Shown: positions 6,345-15,497 of the stretch, piece after piece
Layout of the letters: each line of letters starts with the position of its first letter
Position numbering within the stretch: position 1 is the stretch's first letter
DNA from: Candidatus Saccharimonadota bacterium
GTDB lineage: Bacteria; Patescibacteriota; Saccharimonadia; Saccharimonadales; Saccharimonadaceae
Length of the DNA stretch: 32,000 nt
Direction: 5' to 3'
Assembly: GCA_002421785.1 (NCBI GenBank)
Contig: DIRZ01000002.1
Span: 30,001 to 62,000, forward strand
Notes under the pieces: model-generated
The model's input: the letters and a program-made list of their open reading frames with translations, nothing else
Database searches by the model: none
What the model was told of the DNA's origin: nothing
Position numbers and translations under genes: made by a program

Positions 6345-8036
6345 ATGCATGCATCTATCTTCACCGAACTCGCAGTCATCGTCACGGTCGTCGTGGCGCT
6401 TTCTGCCCTGATGAAGTTGTTGCGTCAACCGCTCATTATGGGCTACATCATTACCGGTGTGCTAGTCGGTCCCAGTTTTAGCTTTTTCCATATTACTCGC
6501 AATCAAAACGCATTTGACTCGTTTAGTGCCATTGGAATTACCCTCCTACTCTTTATCATTGGGCTTGGGCTAAACGCTGGCGTCATCAAAAGCCTTGGTC
6601 GCGTGTCGTTCACGACCAGTATGTCGATCCTCCCCTTTCTGGGGTTCCTCGGTTTTGGTGCAAGCAAGCTGCTTGGCTTTGACGACACAACAAGCCTTGT
6701 CCTCGCCATGGCCATCTTCTTCAGCAGCACAATTATTGTCCTAAAGACACTTAGTGACAAAAAAGAAACGACCAGGCTGTATGGCCAAATAACGCTTGGC
6801 GTACTCTTAATTGAAGACTTAGTGGCGACCGTTGCCGTCGTGGTACTCGCCATGATGGCAGGTCCAGCCAGCACGGGTGATGTATCAATACTCGCGATTA
6901 TTGCCAAAGCCCTCGCGCTCGGCGGCGGGCTCTACGTGATTGGGCGATTTGTTATGCCATATATTGCACGATTCGTCGCGCAGAGCCAAGAACTGCTCTT
7001 CCTCTTTGCGCTCAGCTGGGGACTTGCTGTCGCCACACTGTTTGATATCGCAGGCTTTAGCCACGAAGTCGGCGCTCTGTTTGCCGGTGTATCACTCGCC
7101 GGTCTACCCTATGCATCCGAAATGGCCGCGAAACTCAAACCGTTACGGGACTTCTTCATTGTTATCTTTTTTGTCACACTGGGCGAATCGTTCACGATTG
7201 AGAGTATTAGGCAAAATCTCTGGGCTGCCTGTGTGCTCGCCGCGATTGTCATTTTTGGCAAACCGCTCTTAGTGCTCATGAGCCTCGGCATCCAACGCTA
7301 TACCAAGCTCACGAGTTTTAAAACCGCTCTCCATTTGTCACAAATTAGCGAGTTTTCTATCATTTTCGTCACCATCGCCGCGAGCAAAGGACTCGTTGCA
7401 GCCGACATGGTGTCGCTGATTACTCTGACTGCATTTATCACAATCGGTATCTCGTCGTATCTCATGAAACATGCTGATGGCCTGTTTAGGGTGTTCGAGA
7501 AACCACTTCGACACTTTGAACGTATCTCCACGCGCAATCCCAAGCAGCACAGGGCCTTCTACCCTGTCATCCTCGTCGGATACCACAAAGGTGGGCACGA
7601 GTTCTTACGAACGTTTCGCGATATGAAGCAGCGCTATATCGTTGTCGACTATGATCCCGAGGTCATTGAATCACTCGAAGAGCAAGGCGTCCGCCACGCA
7701 TACGGAGATGCGACAGACGAAGAATTCCTCGACGAACTCAATGCGGGCCGGGCACAGCTGGTGGTAAGCACCATGACTGACCTCGACACAAACCGTAGTT
7801 TGCTGCTCTATATCCGCCGGCGCAATCAAAAATCCAGTTTCATATGCCATGCCAATAACTATTCAGAAGCAGCAGAATTATACGAACACGGGGCCAGCTA
7901 CGTGAGCCTACCACACTATATCGGAAGCGAGCGTGTCAGCAGCTTCATCAAGCGCCACGGCCTCGACCATGACGCGCTTGCCAATTACCGCGATAAACAT
8001 CTAATTACCATCGGTCGACAGGCGCTCAAAGGCTAG
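6345..8036 (+). CDS. Kef-type monovalent cation:proton antiporter (CPA2) with C-terminal RCK/TrkA-N domain
   Basis: A multi-TM Na+/H+-exchanger-like body is followed by VILVGYHKGGHEFLRTF...IVVDYDPEVIESLEEQGVRHAYGDATDEEFL (Rossmann RCK). I chose the start at ATG 6345 (MHASIFTELAVIV). The track's TTG 6246 start would overlap the trmB start and its promoter. Confidence 0.85.
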   Translation: MHASIFTELAVIVTVVVALSALMKLLRQPLIMGYIITGVLVGPSFSFFHITRNQNAFDSFSAIGITLLLFIIGLGLNAGVIKSLGRVSFTTSMSILPFLGFLGFGASKLLGFDDTTSLVLAMAIFFSSTIIVLKTLSDKKETTRLYGQITLGVLLIEDLVATVAVVVLAMMAGPASTGDVSILAIIAKALALGGGLYVIGRFVMPYIARFVAQSQELLFLFALSWGLAVATLFDIAGFSHEVGALFAGVSLAGLPYASEMAAKLKPLRDFFIVIFFVTLGESFTIESIRQNLWAACVLAAIVIFGKPLLVLMSLGIQRYTKLTSFKTALHLSQISEFSIIFVTIAASKGLVAADMVSLITLTAFITIGISSYLMKHADGLFRVFEKPLRHFERISTRNPKQHRAFYPVILVGYHKGGHEFLRTFRDMKQRYIVVDYDPEVIESLEEQGVRHAYGDATDEEFLDELNAGRAQLVVSTMTDLDTNRSLLLYIRRRNQKSSFICHANNYSEAAELYEHGASYVSLPHYIGSERVSSFIKRHGLDHDALANYRDKHLITIGRQALKG

Positions 8037-8563
8037 CGCAAACGCTCGACCGTGCCGTCGTCGTGAATACGGATCAAACGGGATGGTGGCGTATCAGCCG
8101 GAACGGTGCCACCATCGACATATAGATCAACCGTTTCACCGAAATACTTCTTTGCCTGTGCGACTGTTGCTGCAGGCGGCAGGCCCTCGGGATTAGCACT
8201 TGGCGCGATAAGCGGGCCAGTCCGCGCAATAACATCCTGCAGCCAGTCGACGCTTGGTATGCGGTGTGCGATGAGTAAATTCTCACGATGCAGCCACGCT
8301 GGCGCAGCAGGCGAATCTACCAGTATGCTGGTTGGCGATGTTCGTTCATGATTGATTGCGCTAATATCACCGTAGGCCTGACTGGCGTTCGCGACAAGCA
8401 CGATGCACGACTTGCGAGCATTGCGGCCTTTCGCCTTGTACACCTTCTCAACCGCTTTTTCATTGTCAGCACAAGCAACAACCCCATACAGGGTGTCAGT
8501 GCGCACGACGGCAATTCCGCCCGCCAGCAGTGTTCTGATTAAATGCTCGTACTTACTTTTCAT
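8033..8563 (-). CDS. tsaC: L-threonylcarbamoyladenylate synthase (TsaC/YrdC family)
   Basis: YrdC-fold motifs are present: VVRTDTLYGVVA, KAKGRNARKSCIVLVAN, APSANPEG. I chose the start at ATG 8563 (MKSKYEHL). The longer 8611 start would overlap the divergent mscS start. Confidence 0.8.
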   Translation of the reverse strand: MKSKYEHLIRTLLAGGIAVVRTDTLYGVVACADNEKAVEKVYKAKGRNARKSCIVLVANASQAYGDISAINHERTSPTSILVDSPAAPAWLHRENLLIAHRIPSVDWLQDVIARTGPLIAPSANPEGLPPAATVAQAKKYFGETVDLYVDGGTVPADTPPSRLIRIHDDGTVERLR

Positions 8564-8582
8564 CCCTGTTATAATACCAGAT

Positions 8583-9410
8583 ATGGAACAAATTACGAGC
8601 ATAACCGCCATTCTGGCAATCGGCGCTGCCGGCTATTGGTTCGGACCAGCAATTGTTAATTGGCTCATGGCCCACGTCTTCGTGACGCCCTATCAACGCA
8701 CACTTCACCGTAAGGACCTCGAAAAGCGCCAACGTACGCTCGGCGCACTATTTGCAAATGTCTGGCGAATCATCGTCGTCATGCTCGTGGCCTACGGCGT
8801 TTTCGTTCAGTTCTTCGACTACAAAGCGCTCGCGCCAATCTTTGCGAGCGCAGGCATCATCGGTGTGGCTTTCGGCTTCGGTGCGCAGTCACTCGTCAAA
8901 GATTTCCTAAGTGGCGTGTTCATTATCAGTGAAAACCAGTTCCGGGTTGGCGATATCATTGAAATCGATGGCTTCGGCGGCACGGTCGAACGAATCGGCG
9001 TACGGTCCACGGTCATTCGTGATGTTGATGGCAACGTTCACTACTTCCCCAACGGCATGGTTCAGCATGTCATCAACAAAACGATGGGCTATAGCATGGC
9101 GCGATTTACGGTCGCCGTTGCACCCGACACCGATATAGACAAAGTCAGCAAACTCATCGACAAGCTTGGGTTAGCGCTCGCCAGCGAAGACGACTGGAAA
9201 GACAAAATACTCGAAGCGCCACACTTCGTGATGATGGGCGAATTTACCGCCACGGCGGTCAACCTCATCATTTCCGGCAAAACACAGCCTTCGGATCAGT
9301 GGTCTGTTGTCGCCGAAATGCGTCGACGAATTTTGGAAAAGTTTGAGCAAGAAGCAATTACCATCGGCACTGTTCCCGTTGCCAATGCTGCGCCCACCAA
9401 AAAACGATAG
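8583..9410 (+). CDS. small-conductance mechanosensitive channel (MscS family)
   Basis: TM helices are followed by the MscS core SLVKDFLSGVFIISENQFRVGDIIEIDGFGGTVERIGVRSTVIRDVDGNVHYFPNGMV. I chose the start at ATG 8583 (MEQITS). Confidence 0.85.
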   Translation: MEQITSITAILAIGAAGYWFGPAIVNWLMAHVFVTPYQRTLHRKDLEKRQRTLGALFANVWRIIVVMLVAYGVFVQFFDYKALAPIFASAGIIGVAFGFGAQSLVKDFLSGVFIISENQFRVGDIIEIDGFGGTVERIGVRSTVIRDVDGNVHYFPNGMVQHVINKTMGYSMARFTVAVAPDTDIDKVSKLIDKLGLALASEDDWKDKILEAPHFVMMGEFTATAVNLIISGKTQPSDQWSVVAEMRRRILEKFEQEAITIGTVPVANAAPTKKR

Positions 9411-9413
9411 TGC

Positions 9414-9806
9414 TTACTGCACTTGCTGTGCGTTCGCTGTGGTATCAGCATTCAATAGCTGAAGTGATTCTTCGCTCAAAGCGGCAGCATCAAACCCTTG
9501 GGTTTGACTGACTTTTGCCGCTTGTTCGCTGTAAAGTTTCGAAAAGTTATCGAGCGCAGCCTTGTCCAGCGTGCCCGTCGAAGGGAACGTTTTGGTCGTT
9601 GTATCACGACTTGCCTGCTTTCGTACTTCCTGAAAGCCGGGACGACTAAGGTCGAGCTGGGCGGCGCCACTGCTGTTATAGAGACTCAGCGCAACGCTCA
9701 CGAGAAACGTTGACAGCAAGATGACACCAGCAATCAATACAAAGAACTTGTGCTGTTCCCACCTAGTCATGGCGATAGCATCTTGGCGAAGTTCGTCGAT
9801 GCCCAT
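9414..9806 (-). CDS. hypothetical N-terminally membrane-anchored protein
   Basis: 130 aa with a single TM helix (FFVLIAGVILLSTFLVSVALSLY) and a polar tail. Its ATG overlaps the upstream stop (TAATG). No family recognised. Confidence 0.55.
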   Translation of the reverse strand: MGIDELRQDAIAMTRWEQHKFFVLIAGVILLSTFLVSVALSLYNSSGAAQLDLSRPGFQEVRKQASRDTTTKTFPSTGTLDKAALDNFSKLYSEQAAKVSQTQGFDAAALSEESLQLLNADTTANAQQVQ

Positions 9807-10336
9807 TACTTTACTCCCCCATTCGTCGAAAGCACTTGCGTCTTAAACGCATCGAACTGCGTGCCATACTGCTTCAGCAAGGCACTTAGTGTCGATACAG
9901 AATCATGAACAGACGCCCGATGGCTACGCGCCAGTGTAATCGTGTCGTAGAACGCAACCGGCTGGTCAACGCAGTTCATCTCGATGGCCTTCAGAGTTGT
10001 TTGCTCGTACTGCTGGTAATTAGTACTGAACTGACGAATCACGTTGTTAAAGTCGGCTGTCGTTTGCGTCATTGCGACGTTGTCTAGGCGGTTCAACGCG
10101 ATGCGACTATTCATCGGGGCCATCAAACGCGTCGCGATTGTTTCGTAGCGCTGCCCCAGGTTGACGCGCATCAACCCATCACTGGCGTGGATTCGCTGCA
10201 GTGCGGACTGTACACTCACGCAATTGGTGCGGATTAGTGCGATGTGTTCATCGGTGAGCAAAAAATCTTCCGCACGCGCAACCGGCCCCGTAAAGGCAAG
10301 GAAAACTGCGCATACAATGAGGAGTCGCTTGTACAT
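9806..10336 (-). CDS. hypothetical secreted protein (signal peptide, helical, two Cys)
   Basis: 176 aa. The signal peptide MYKRLLIVCAVFLAFTGPVARA/ED is followed by a helix-rich polar sequence. No family recognised. Confidence 0.6.
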   Translation of the reverse strand: MYKRLLIVCAVFLAFTGPVARAEDFLLTDEHIALIRTNCVSVQSALQRIHASDGLMRVNLGQRYETIATRLMAPMNSRIALNRLDNVAMTQTTADFNNVIRQFSTNYQQYEQTTLKAIEMNCVDQPVAFYDTITLARSHRASVHDSVSTLSALLKQYGTQFDAFKTQVLSTNGGVK

Positions 10337-10361
10337 TATGTTTATTATTGCGCACTCACCC

Positions 10362-11153
10362 CTAGTTGGTCAATCGAATCATGCCATTTGCCTCTGTTAT
10401 CAGACCATCTGACTTGAGTCCTGCGAGTGCCCGAGGGTACCGAGCATCGTCACCACATTCATGCATGAGTACCTTGGCAGCCATGGGACCTGTGGTGAGT
10501 AGACGAATAATCTGGCCTCGCACTTCGCGTACGCTTCCCTTTAATGGACTTTGCTTTTTATAGTGCTTGCTCGTGCTCAGCCTACCGAGACCCCGGGATT
10601 TCAGCGATGCGCCATAATCCATCAGCGCCCAAAACCATTCACGTGGGTGCTCAGTATCCATCGTGTCTCGAACCAGCTGCAGCACTTCTTTATCGCTGAC
10701 CTGCTGATGATTCGGAAAAAAGTGGTGGAAATAGACGGTGCGAATGTTGGTCTCGATGTACGCTGTGGGTACTCTGTAGACGTAGTTCATGATTGCGGCA
10801 GCGGTATTCGTGCCGACACCTGGCAGGGCAACCAACTCCTCAAGTGTTCGCGGTTCACCACGCTCCACAATTTGCTTGGCGGCGAGGTGCAAATACTTGG
10901 CACGACGATTATAGCCAAGCCCTTGCCACACTCCGAGTACATCTGCCAGGCTTGCACTCGCAAGCGAATCCAACGCGGGAAAAGCCCGCATGAATTCTGC
11001 ATACTTTGTCATCACGCGCGGTACCTGAGTCTGCTGTAACATAATTTCACTGACGAGCACGTGGTAAAGGCTAGGGTCATCGCGCCAGGGCATGGCACGA
11101 TATAGCTCACGCGCTGTCGCCCATACCGTATCCTGAAACTCTTGTCGGTCCAT
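10362..11153 (-). CDS. HhH-GPD base-excision glycosylase, MutY-like, without Fe-S cluster cysteines
   Basis: 263 aa with SEIMLQQTQV, GLGYNRRAKYL and the hairpin-helix-hairpin LPGVGTNTAAAI. The region where MutY/EndoIII carry CX6CX2CX5C reads GASLKSRGLGRLSTSKHYKK, with no Cys. Confidence 0.75.
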   Translation of the reverse strand: MDRQEFQDTVWATARELYRAMPWRDDPSLYHVLVSEIMLQQTQVPRVMTKYAEFMRAFPALDSLASASLADVLGVWQGLGYNRRAKYLHLAAKQIVERGEPRTLEELVALPGVGTNTAAAIMNYVYRVPTAYIETNIRTVYFHHFFPNHQQVSDKEVLQLVRDTMDTEHPREWFWALMDYGASLKSRGLGRLSTSKHYKKQSPLKGSVREVRGQIIRLLTTGPMAAKVLMHECGDDARYPRALAGLKSDGLITEANGMIRLTN

Positions 11154-11431
11154 TACTCTATTGTATCAACACCGAGCATTGCGCCGAACTCTTCGTCGGA
11201 ACGTGAAAACACCATCGCCCACGCCACAAGCGCCTGAGTATCGGTATGGGGTGTCTGGTCCAGCGCAGCCTGAAGGTAGCGACCAGCGCGCACCTGAACG
11301 TCTTCTTCGTCTTCACCCGCATCGGGCCGCTGCATCAGCATTTGTTGGTACCGCTGATACGCTTTCACCAGCTCCCACTGCACAAGCGGTTCGATCTGAG
11401 GGTTTGATTCAGGCCGAACATGCTCGCTCAT
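11153..11431 (-). CDS. hypothetical acidic protein
   Basis: 92-aa ATG ORF. It sits between neighbouring genes, with a TAATG overlap to the downstream gene and a 2-nt gap from the upstream gene. No motif recognised. Confidence 0.5.
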   Translation of the reverse strand: MSEHVRPESNPQIEPLVQWELVKAYQRYQQMLMQRPDAGEDEEDVQVRAGRYLQAALDQTPHTDTQALVAWAMVFSRSDEEFGAMLGVDTIE

Positions 11432-11433
11432 AA

Positions 11434-11676
11434 CTAAGACTTTTGTTTAGCGACCCAATGCATAATAATGACGCCCGCTACCCAATACGGTACAAGGAAC
11501 AGCACCGTGTCGAGTGGGGAGCGATTGCGATCAAGCATTGCGTAAGTTAGATACAAATATGCTGCATAGGGGATGTATGTGAGCCAGCCCTTCCAGTGGA
11601 CGGGAATGTAACTGCCACGGAGTGGCTTGAACCAGACATGCTGGCGTGTGCGTGTGTTTGATTTTTTTGTTGCCAT
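11434..11676 (-). CDS. hypothetical small membrane protein (2 TM)
   Basis: 80 aa with a basic N-terminus and two hydrophobic helices. It lies 14 nt downstream of aspS on the same strand. Confidence 0.5.
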   Translation of the reverse strand: MATKKSNTRTRQHVWFKPLRGSYIPVHWKGWLTYIPYAAYLYLTYAMLDRNRSPLDTVLFLVPYWVAGVIIMHWVAKQKS

Positions 11677-11690
11677 ATGTCTAGTATACC

Positions 11691-13439
11691 CTACAGGCCG
11701 AGTTCTTTGAGCTGGTGAGCATCGACGAGGCTTGGGCTGTTCATCATGACATCAACACCACTACCGTTTTTAGGGAAAGCGACCACTTCGCGAACGTTAT
11801 CTTCGCTCATGAGCTCCATAAGAATGCGGTCAATGCCGAAGGCGCAGCCAGCGTGGGGCGGTGCGCCAAATTTGAAAGCGTTCAACATGGCACCGAACTT
11901 TTCTTCCACATACTCTGGACTAAAGTCGAGAATCCCGAATACCTTGTATAGCACTTCGGGGTTGTGGTTACGCACGCCACCGCTACAGATTTCGTACCCG
12001 TTCATTACCATGTCGTACTGGTCGGCAATGATATCAAGCTTGTTCTCGGTGTTCTCGAGCGTTTCCATGCCACCTTTTGGCATACTAAACGGGTTGTGAC
12101 CGAAGTCGAGCTTGCGTGTGCTTTCGTTGATTTCGTAGAATGGAAAATCGACAATCCAGGCAAGAGCAACGACGTTTGGGTCGCGTAGCTCAAAATGCTT
12201 GGCGAATTCGATACGAAGTTTACCGAGGACAGCGTTCACGACACCGCGCGTGTCCGCACCAAAGAATACAGCATCGCCATCTTGAGCACCGGTTCGTTCG
12301 CGCACTGCAGACAATTCAGCCTCGCTCATAAATTTAGCAATTGGCGATTGCACTTCGCCGTCACGATACGTAAGGTACGCGAGTCCACCTGCACCTTCGC
12401 TCTTCGCAACTTCAGTAAATTTATCAATTTGTGATCGGCTGAGTTCAGCGCCGCGCTCCACACGAATGGCCTTAACGGCACCACCACTCGTAATCGCATT
12501 TTTGAACACACTAAATTCGCTACTTGCAAATACATCGCTCAGTTCAATCAGCTCCATGCCATACCGAAGGTCAGGTTTGTCGGAACCATATTTTTCCATT
12601 GCTTCACGGTACGGAATACGCGGTACTTCCTCGCTCAAGAGTCGCTTACCTGCAAAGTCAGTTGCAAGCTGCTTAATCAGCGGCTCAACCGTTTGGCGAA
12701 CCTCTTCGCCGTCTTCGACAAACGACATCTCAAGGTCGAGCTGATAGAACTCGCCGTACAAGCGGTCGGCACGGGGGTCTTCATCGCGGAAACATGCTGC
12801 CAATTGATAGTAACGCGGTACACCGCCCACCATGAGAAGCTGCTTAAACTGCTGCGGCGCCTGTGGCAGGGCGTAAAATTTCCCTTCTTGCAGTCGTGAC
12901 GGAATCAAGAAGTCACGCGCGCCTTCGGGACTGCTGTTGGCCAGAATCGGCGTCGTTATTTCGATAAAGTCGCGAGTATCCATATATTCGTGGATGCGTC
13001 GATACATTTCGGCACGCTTACGAAGCATGGTTTGAATGGCCGGTCGACGAAGGTCGAGGTAGCGATATTTAAAGCGCAAATCTTCGTTAGCCTGAGCTTC
13101 GGCAAATGGCTGGATTGGGAGTGCTTCAGCGCGGTTCAGAATCGTCAGTCCCTCGACGGCCAGCTCCACACCACCGGTGGGAATTTTATCATTCTTTAGC
13201 TCGGGTGCACGCTCACGGATGACGCCCGTTACCTTCACGACATATTCATCACGGAGCTCCTCGGCCAGCTTAAATGCTTCGGGAACCTCTGGGTTGATGA
13301 CAAGCTGCAAAACGCCCGTATGATCACGCACATCGATAAAGATTAATCCACCGTGGTCGCGGCGGGAGTGCACCCAGCCGGCAATAGACAGCTGCTCGCC
13401 GACCCTGCTGACTGCTTCCGTTATTAGTACTCTGCTCAT
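11691..13439 (-). CDS. aspS: aspartate--tRNA ligase (bacterial type)
   Basis: 582 aa. It has an N-terminal OB anticodon-binding domain (GWVHSRRDHGGLIFIDVRD) and class II motifs (FRDEDPRADR, QLDLEMSF, SGGVRNH, GCAFGIDR). The bacterial insertion domain is present, and an AAGGA SD precedes the ATG. Confidence 0.95.
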   Translation of the reverse strand: MSRVLITEAVSRVGEQLSIAGWVHSRRDHGGLIFIDVRDHTGVLQLVINPEVPEAFKLAEELRDEYVVKVTGVIRERAPELKNDKIPTGGVELAVEGLTILNRAEALPIQPFAEAQANEDLRFKYRYLDLRRPAIQTMLRKRAEMYRRIHEYMDTRDFIEITTPILANSSPEGARDFLIPSRLQEGKFYALPQAPQQFKQLLMVGGVPRYYQLAACFRDEDPRADRLYGEFYQLDLEMSFVEDGEEVRQTVEPLIKQLATDFAGKRLLSEEVPRIPYREAMEKYGSDKPDLRYGMELIELSDVFASSEFSVFKNAITSGGAVKAIRVERGAELSRSQIDKFTEVAKSEGAGGLAYLTYRDGEVQSPIAKFMSEAELSAVRERTGAQDGDAVFFGADTRGVVNAVLGKLRIEFAKHFELRDPNVVALAWIVDFPFYEINESTRKLDFGHNPFSMPKGGMETLENTENKLDIIADQYDMVMNGYEICSGGVRNHNPEVLYKVFGILDFSPEYVEEKFGAMLNAFKFGAPPHAGCAFGIDRILMELMSEDNVREVVAFPKNGSGVDVMMNSPSLVDAHQLKELGL

Positions 13440-13598
13440 GTTGTTTCATCCTTGTTTCGTTAATAGTGTCTGGCTAACGCTGGGGTCGTTTCCACGCTCT
13501 AAGCCCGCCTGGCTTACGCGCCGACCCGTGTATTACTATTACGATTACCAAACAGATGTATCATTACAGGCTATTTTACCACTGTTGGGCGCCTAGCG

Positions 13599-14612
13599 CT
13601 AGACGTTGGTGCCATGGGGCGAGTTGTTGTTCGTTTTAGCACTTCGTGCAGCAACGGCCCGCAAGTCGTCGTGTACATCAAATTCATCAACAATTTCCCT
13701 ACCCAGCAACGCTTCGATGACATCTTCGAGCGTCACGATGCCGGCGGTCTCTCGGTAGCCATTCACCACAACAAACAAGTGATGGCGAGTTTTTATGAAA
13801 GCAGCCAACGCGTGTTCAAGCGTTTGCTCTTGATTGATATAGAAGACCTTTGATTCCATAGCCTTTTCGGCAGTCTGCGACTTCCTATCGAAGCTCGTGA
13901 GGAGTTCTTTGATGTGCAACACTCCGACGATGTGATCGATGTCGCCGTCAGTAACCGGAAACCTGCTATGGCCCGTTTTGTGAAGTTCATCAAGCAGCAG
14001 CGGCCCGATTAGCTCTGTCTTTGGAATAGTCTCAACCACGCCTCGAGGAGTCATGACCTGTTCAACAATTTTGTCTTTAAAGCCAATGCCATTCACGATG
14101 AGCTTTTTTTCCTCTGCCGATAGCACCGTACCAGAGGTTTCGACCATATGAATAAGTTCTTCACGTGAGCTAACCTCTTGGTCGTTCGGCGCGACGGTCA
14201 CTGTGCGAATATACTTACCTATTTGCGGGTACCTCTCGACTTGCCGTATAACTGCAGGTTCAATTTTCTCGTAAAATCGCTGAGCATACCCGTGCACAAG
14301 CTCGGTTCGTGCTAAACGTCCATACGCTAACGCCACGAGCAGCGCGACGAGCGCGCCGAACAGTGAGCCGAATGCGGCCACGCTTGCCATCACTGTAAAC
14401 ACGAGGAATAGCGCCTCAAGGACATGTCGAATAGATAAAATATCTTCGAGAAGGACTTCTCGCTTCAGTTCCTCTGCCGCCGCACTATTACCCTCTTGGC
14501 GGCGCCGATCCAATTCAAAAGCCGAAAGTATGGAACGACGCGGTACGATACTTGCCAGTACAGTCAGTATCGCAAAGAGCATAACAAAACCTGTGATAAA
14601 GATGGTTTCCAT
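13599..14612 (-). CDS. CNNM/DUF21 membrane domain plus CBS-pair protein (HlyC/CorC-type transporter lacking the C-terminal CorC_HlyC domain)
   Basis: TM helices are followed by IVEQVMTPRGVVETI and a CBS pair (HSRFPVTDGDIDHIVGVLHIKELL; HHLFVVVNGYRETAGIVTLEDVIEALLG). I chose the start at ATG 14612. The track's TTG 14699 would overlap the divergent dsbA-like start and its SD. Confidence 0.75.
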   Translation of the reverse strand: METIFITGFVMLFAILTVLASIVPRRSILSAFELDRRRQEGNSAAAEELKREVLLEDILSIRHVLEALFLVFTVMASVAAFGSLFGALVALLVALAYGRLARTELVHGYAQRFYEKIEPAVIRQVERYPQIGKYIRTVTVAPNDQEVSSREELIHMVETSGTVLSAEEKKLIVNGIGFKDKIVEQVMTPRGVVETIPKTELIGPLLLDELHKTGHSRFPVTDGDIDHIVGVLHIKELLTSFDRKSQTAEKAMESKVFYINQEQTLEHALAAFIKTRHHLFVVVNGYRETAGIVTLEDVIEALLGREIVDEFDVHDDLRAVAARSAKTNNNSPHGTNV

Positions 14613-14692
14613 ACCCTCATTGTACCCCAGTTGTACTTGATAAGAAACTAGGTCAAGCGGTATACTAAGTAGGATTAATATAAGGAGTGTAT

Positions 14693-15448
14693 ATGACAAG
14701 TAAGGGCTGGATTATATTTGCGACCCTCTGTGTGGCCATCCTTGGCGGCATGATATTTTTGGCGCAAAAAGACAAAATGGATGTATCGAATATTGATATC
14801 AATAAGTTGCAGGCAGCGACTGAACAAAACGGCAACATCGCCGAGCATGTTGAAGGCAAAGCCGACAGCAAAGTAGTACTGATTGAGTATGGCGACTTTC
14901 AGTGCCCAGGCTGTGCGTCATCTCAGCCTGTCATGAAAGAGTTGGTCGAAAAATACAAAGGCCAAATCGCCTTTGCATTCCGCAACTACCCACTCTACCA
15001 GATACATCCAAACGCCTTCTCTTCCGCCAGTGCTGCTGAGGCGGCCGGCCTGCAGGGTAAGTACTGGGAAATGTATCATAAGCTATTCGAGAACCAAAGT
15101 GCATGGAGGGACCTAAGTGGTGCCGAGCGTACCAATTACTACCTCTCCCTCGCCTCAGACCTGAAACTAGACACGGCGAAGTTCACGACCGACATCGACA
15201 GCGAAGCCGTAAAAATGAAGATTGATTTTGATACGGCACTTGGGCAGAAAGCCGAAGTAACTGGTACGCCGTCGTTCTTCTTAAATGGCAAAAACGTGGG
15301 CGATCAGTACGTACTGGATGGCAAGATCGTACCGAAGGGCACAAGCGGCGCTTCGCTCATTTGGTCCGATGTAGCCGCATTTGAGAACCTCATAATTCTC
15401 CCCGCCCTAAAAGAAGCGGGCATCAGCGTCGCCGACCCAACGAACTAG
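14693..15448 (+). CDS. membrane-anchored DsbA-family thiol:disulfide oxidoreductase
   Basis: An N-terminal TM anchor is followed by a thioredoxin fold with the CPGC active site (YGDFQCPGCAS) and TGTPSFFLNG. The start at ATG 14693 is 5 nt after TAAGGAG. The track's GTG 14687 lies inside that SD. Confidence 0.8.
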   Translation: MTSKGWIIFATLCVAILGGMIFLAQKDKMDVSNIDINKLQAATEQNGNIAEHVEGKADSKVVLIEYGDFQCPGCASSQPVMKELVEKYKGQIAFAFRNYPLYQIHPNAFSSASAAEAAGLQGKYWEMYHKLFENQSAWRDLSGAERTNYYLSLASDLKLDTAKFTTDIDSEAVKMKIDFDTALGQKAEVTGTPSFFLNGKNVGDQYVLDGKIVPKGTSGASLIWSDVAAFENLIILPALKEAGISVADPTN

Positions 15449-15467
15449 AAAGCATTACTCTTACAAT

Positions 15468-15497
15468 AAAAACACCCCGGTGCCTTGGGGTGTTTTT
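15468..15497. terminator. bidirectional intrinsic terminator
   Basis: AAAAACACCCC-ggtgcctt-GGGGTGTTTTT forms a perfect 11-bp stem with an A-run on one side and a T-run on the other. It lies 20 nt after the dsbA-like stop. Confidence 0.7.

Noticed and set aside
8403-8611. Longest-ORF starts for mscS (8403) and tsaC (8611).
   Set aside because: They would make the two divergent genes overlap by about 200 nt. The internal ATGs at 8583 (MEQITS) and 8563 (MKSKYEHL) give family-typical N-termini and a 19-nt spacer.
10551-11039. Long antisense ORFs inside well-supported genes. Examples are 10551-11039 (+), 28780-29277 (-), 29468-29941 (-), 31397-31891 (-), 15913-16374 (+), 16106-16525 (+), 6503-6907 (-), 4501-4866 (-) and 4035-4352 (-).
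   Set aside because: Each lies entirely antisense to a gene with strong family motifs. Their translations are Arg/Ser/Cys/Pro-rich and low quality with no recognisable motifs, typical of shadow ORFs in mid-GC DNA.
13440-13598. A T-box riboswitch upstream of aspS.
   Set aside because: The leader is only 159 nt. The GGGTCGGCGCG stretch only loosely resembles the T-box core (GGGTGGTACCGCG). I found no specifier-loop or Stem I features, and no terminator or SD-sequestering alternative helix.
14613-14699. The TTG 14699 start for the CNNM/CBS gene and the GTG 14687 start for the dsbA-like gene.
   Set aside because: They would overlap each other and bury the TAAGGAG SD of the dsbA-like gene. ATG 14612 and ATG 14693 are better supported. 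The hydrophobic LLILILLSIPL in the extension keeps a small doubt about the CNNM start.
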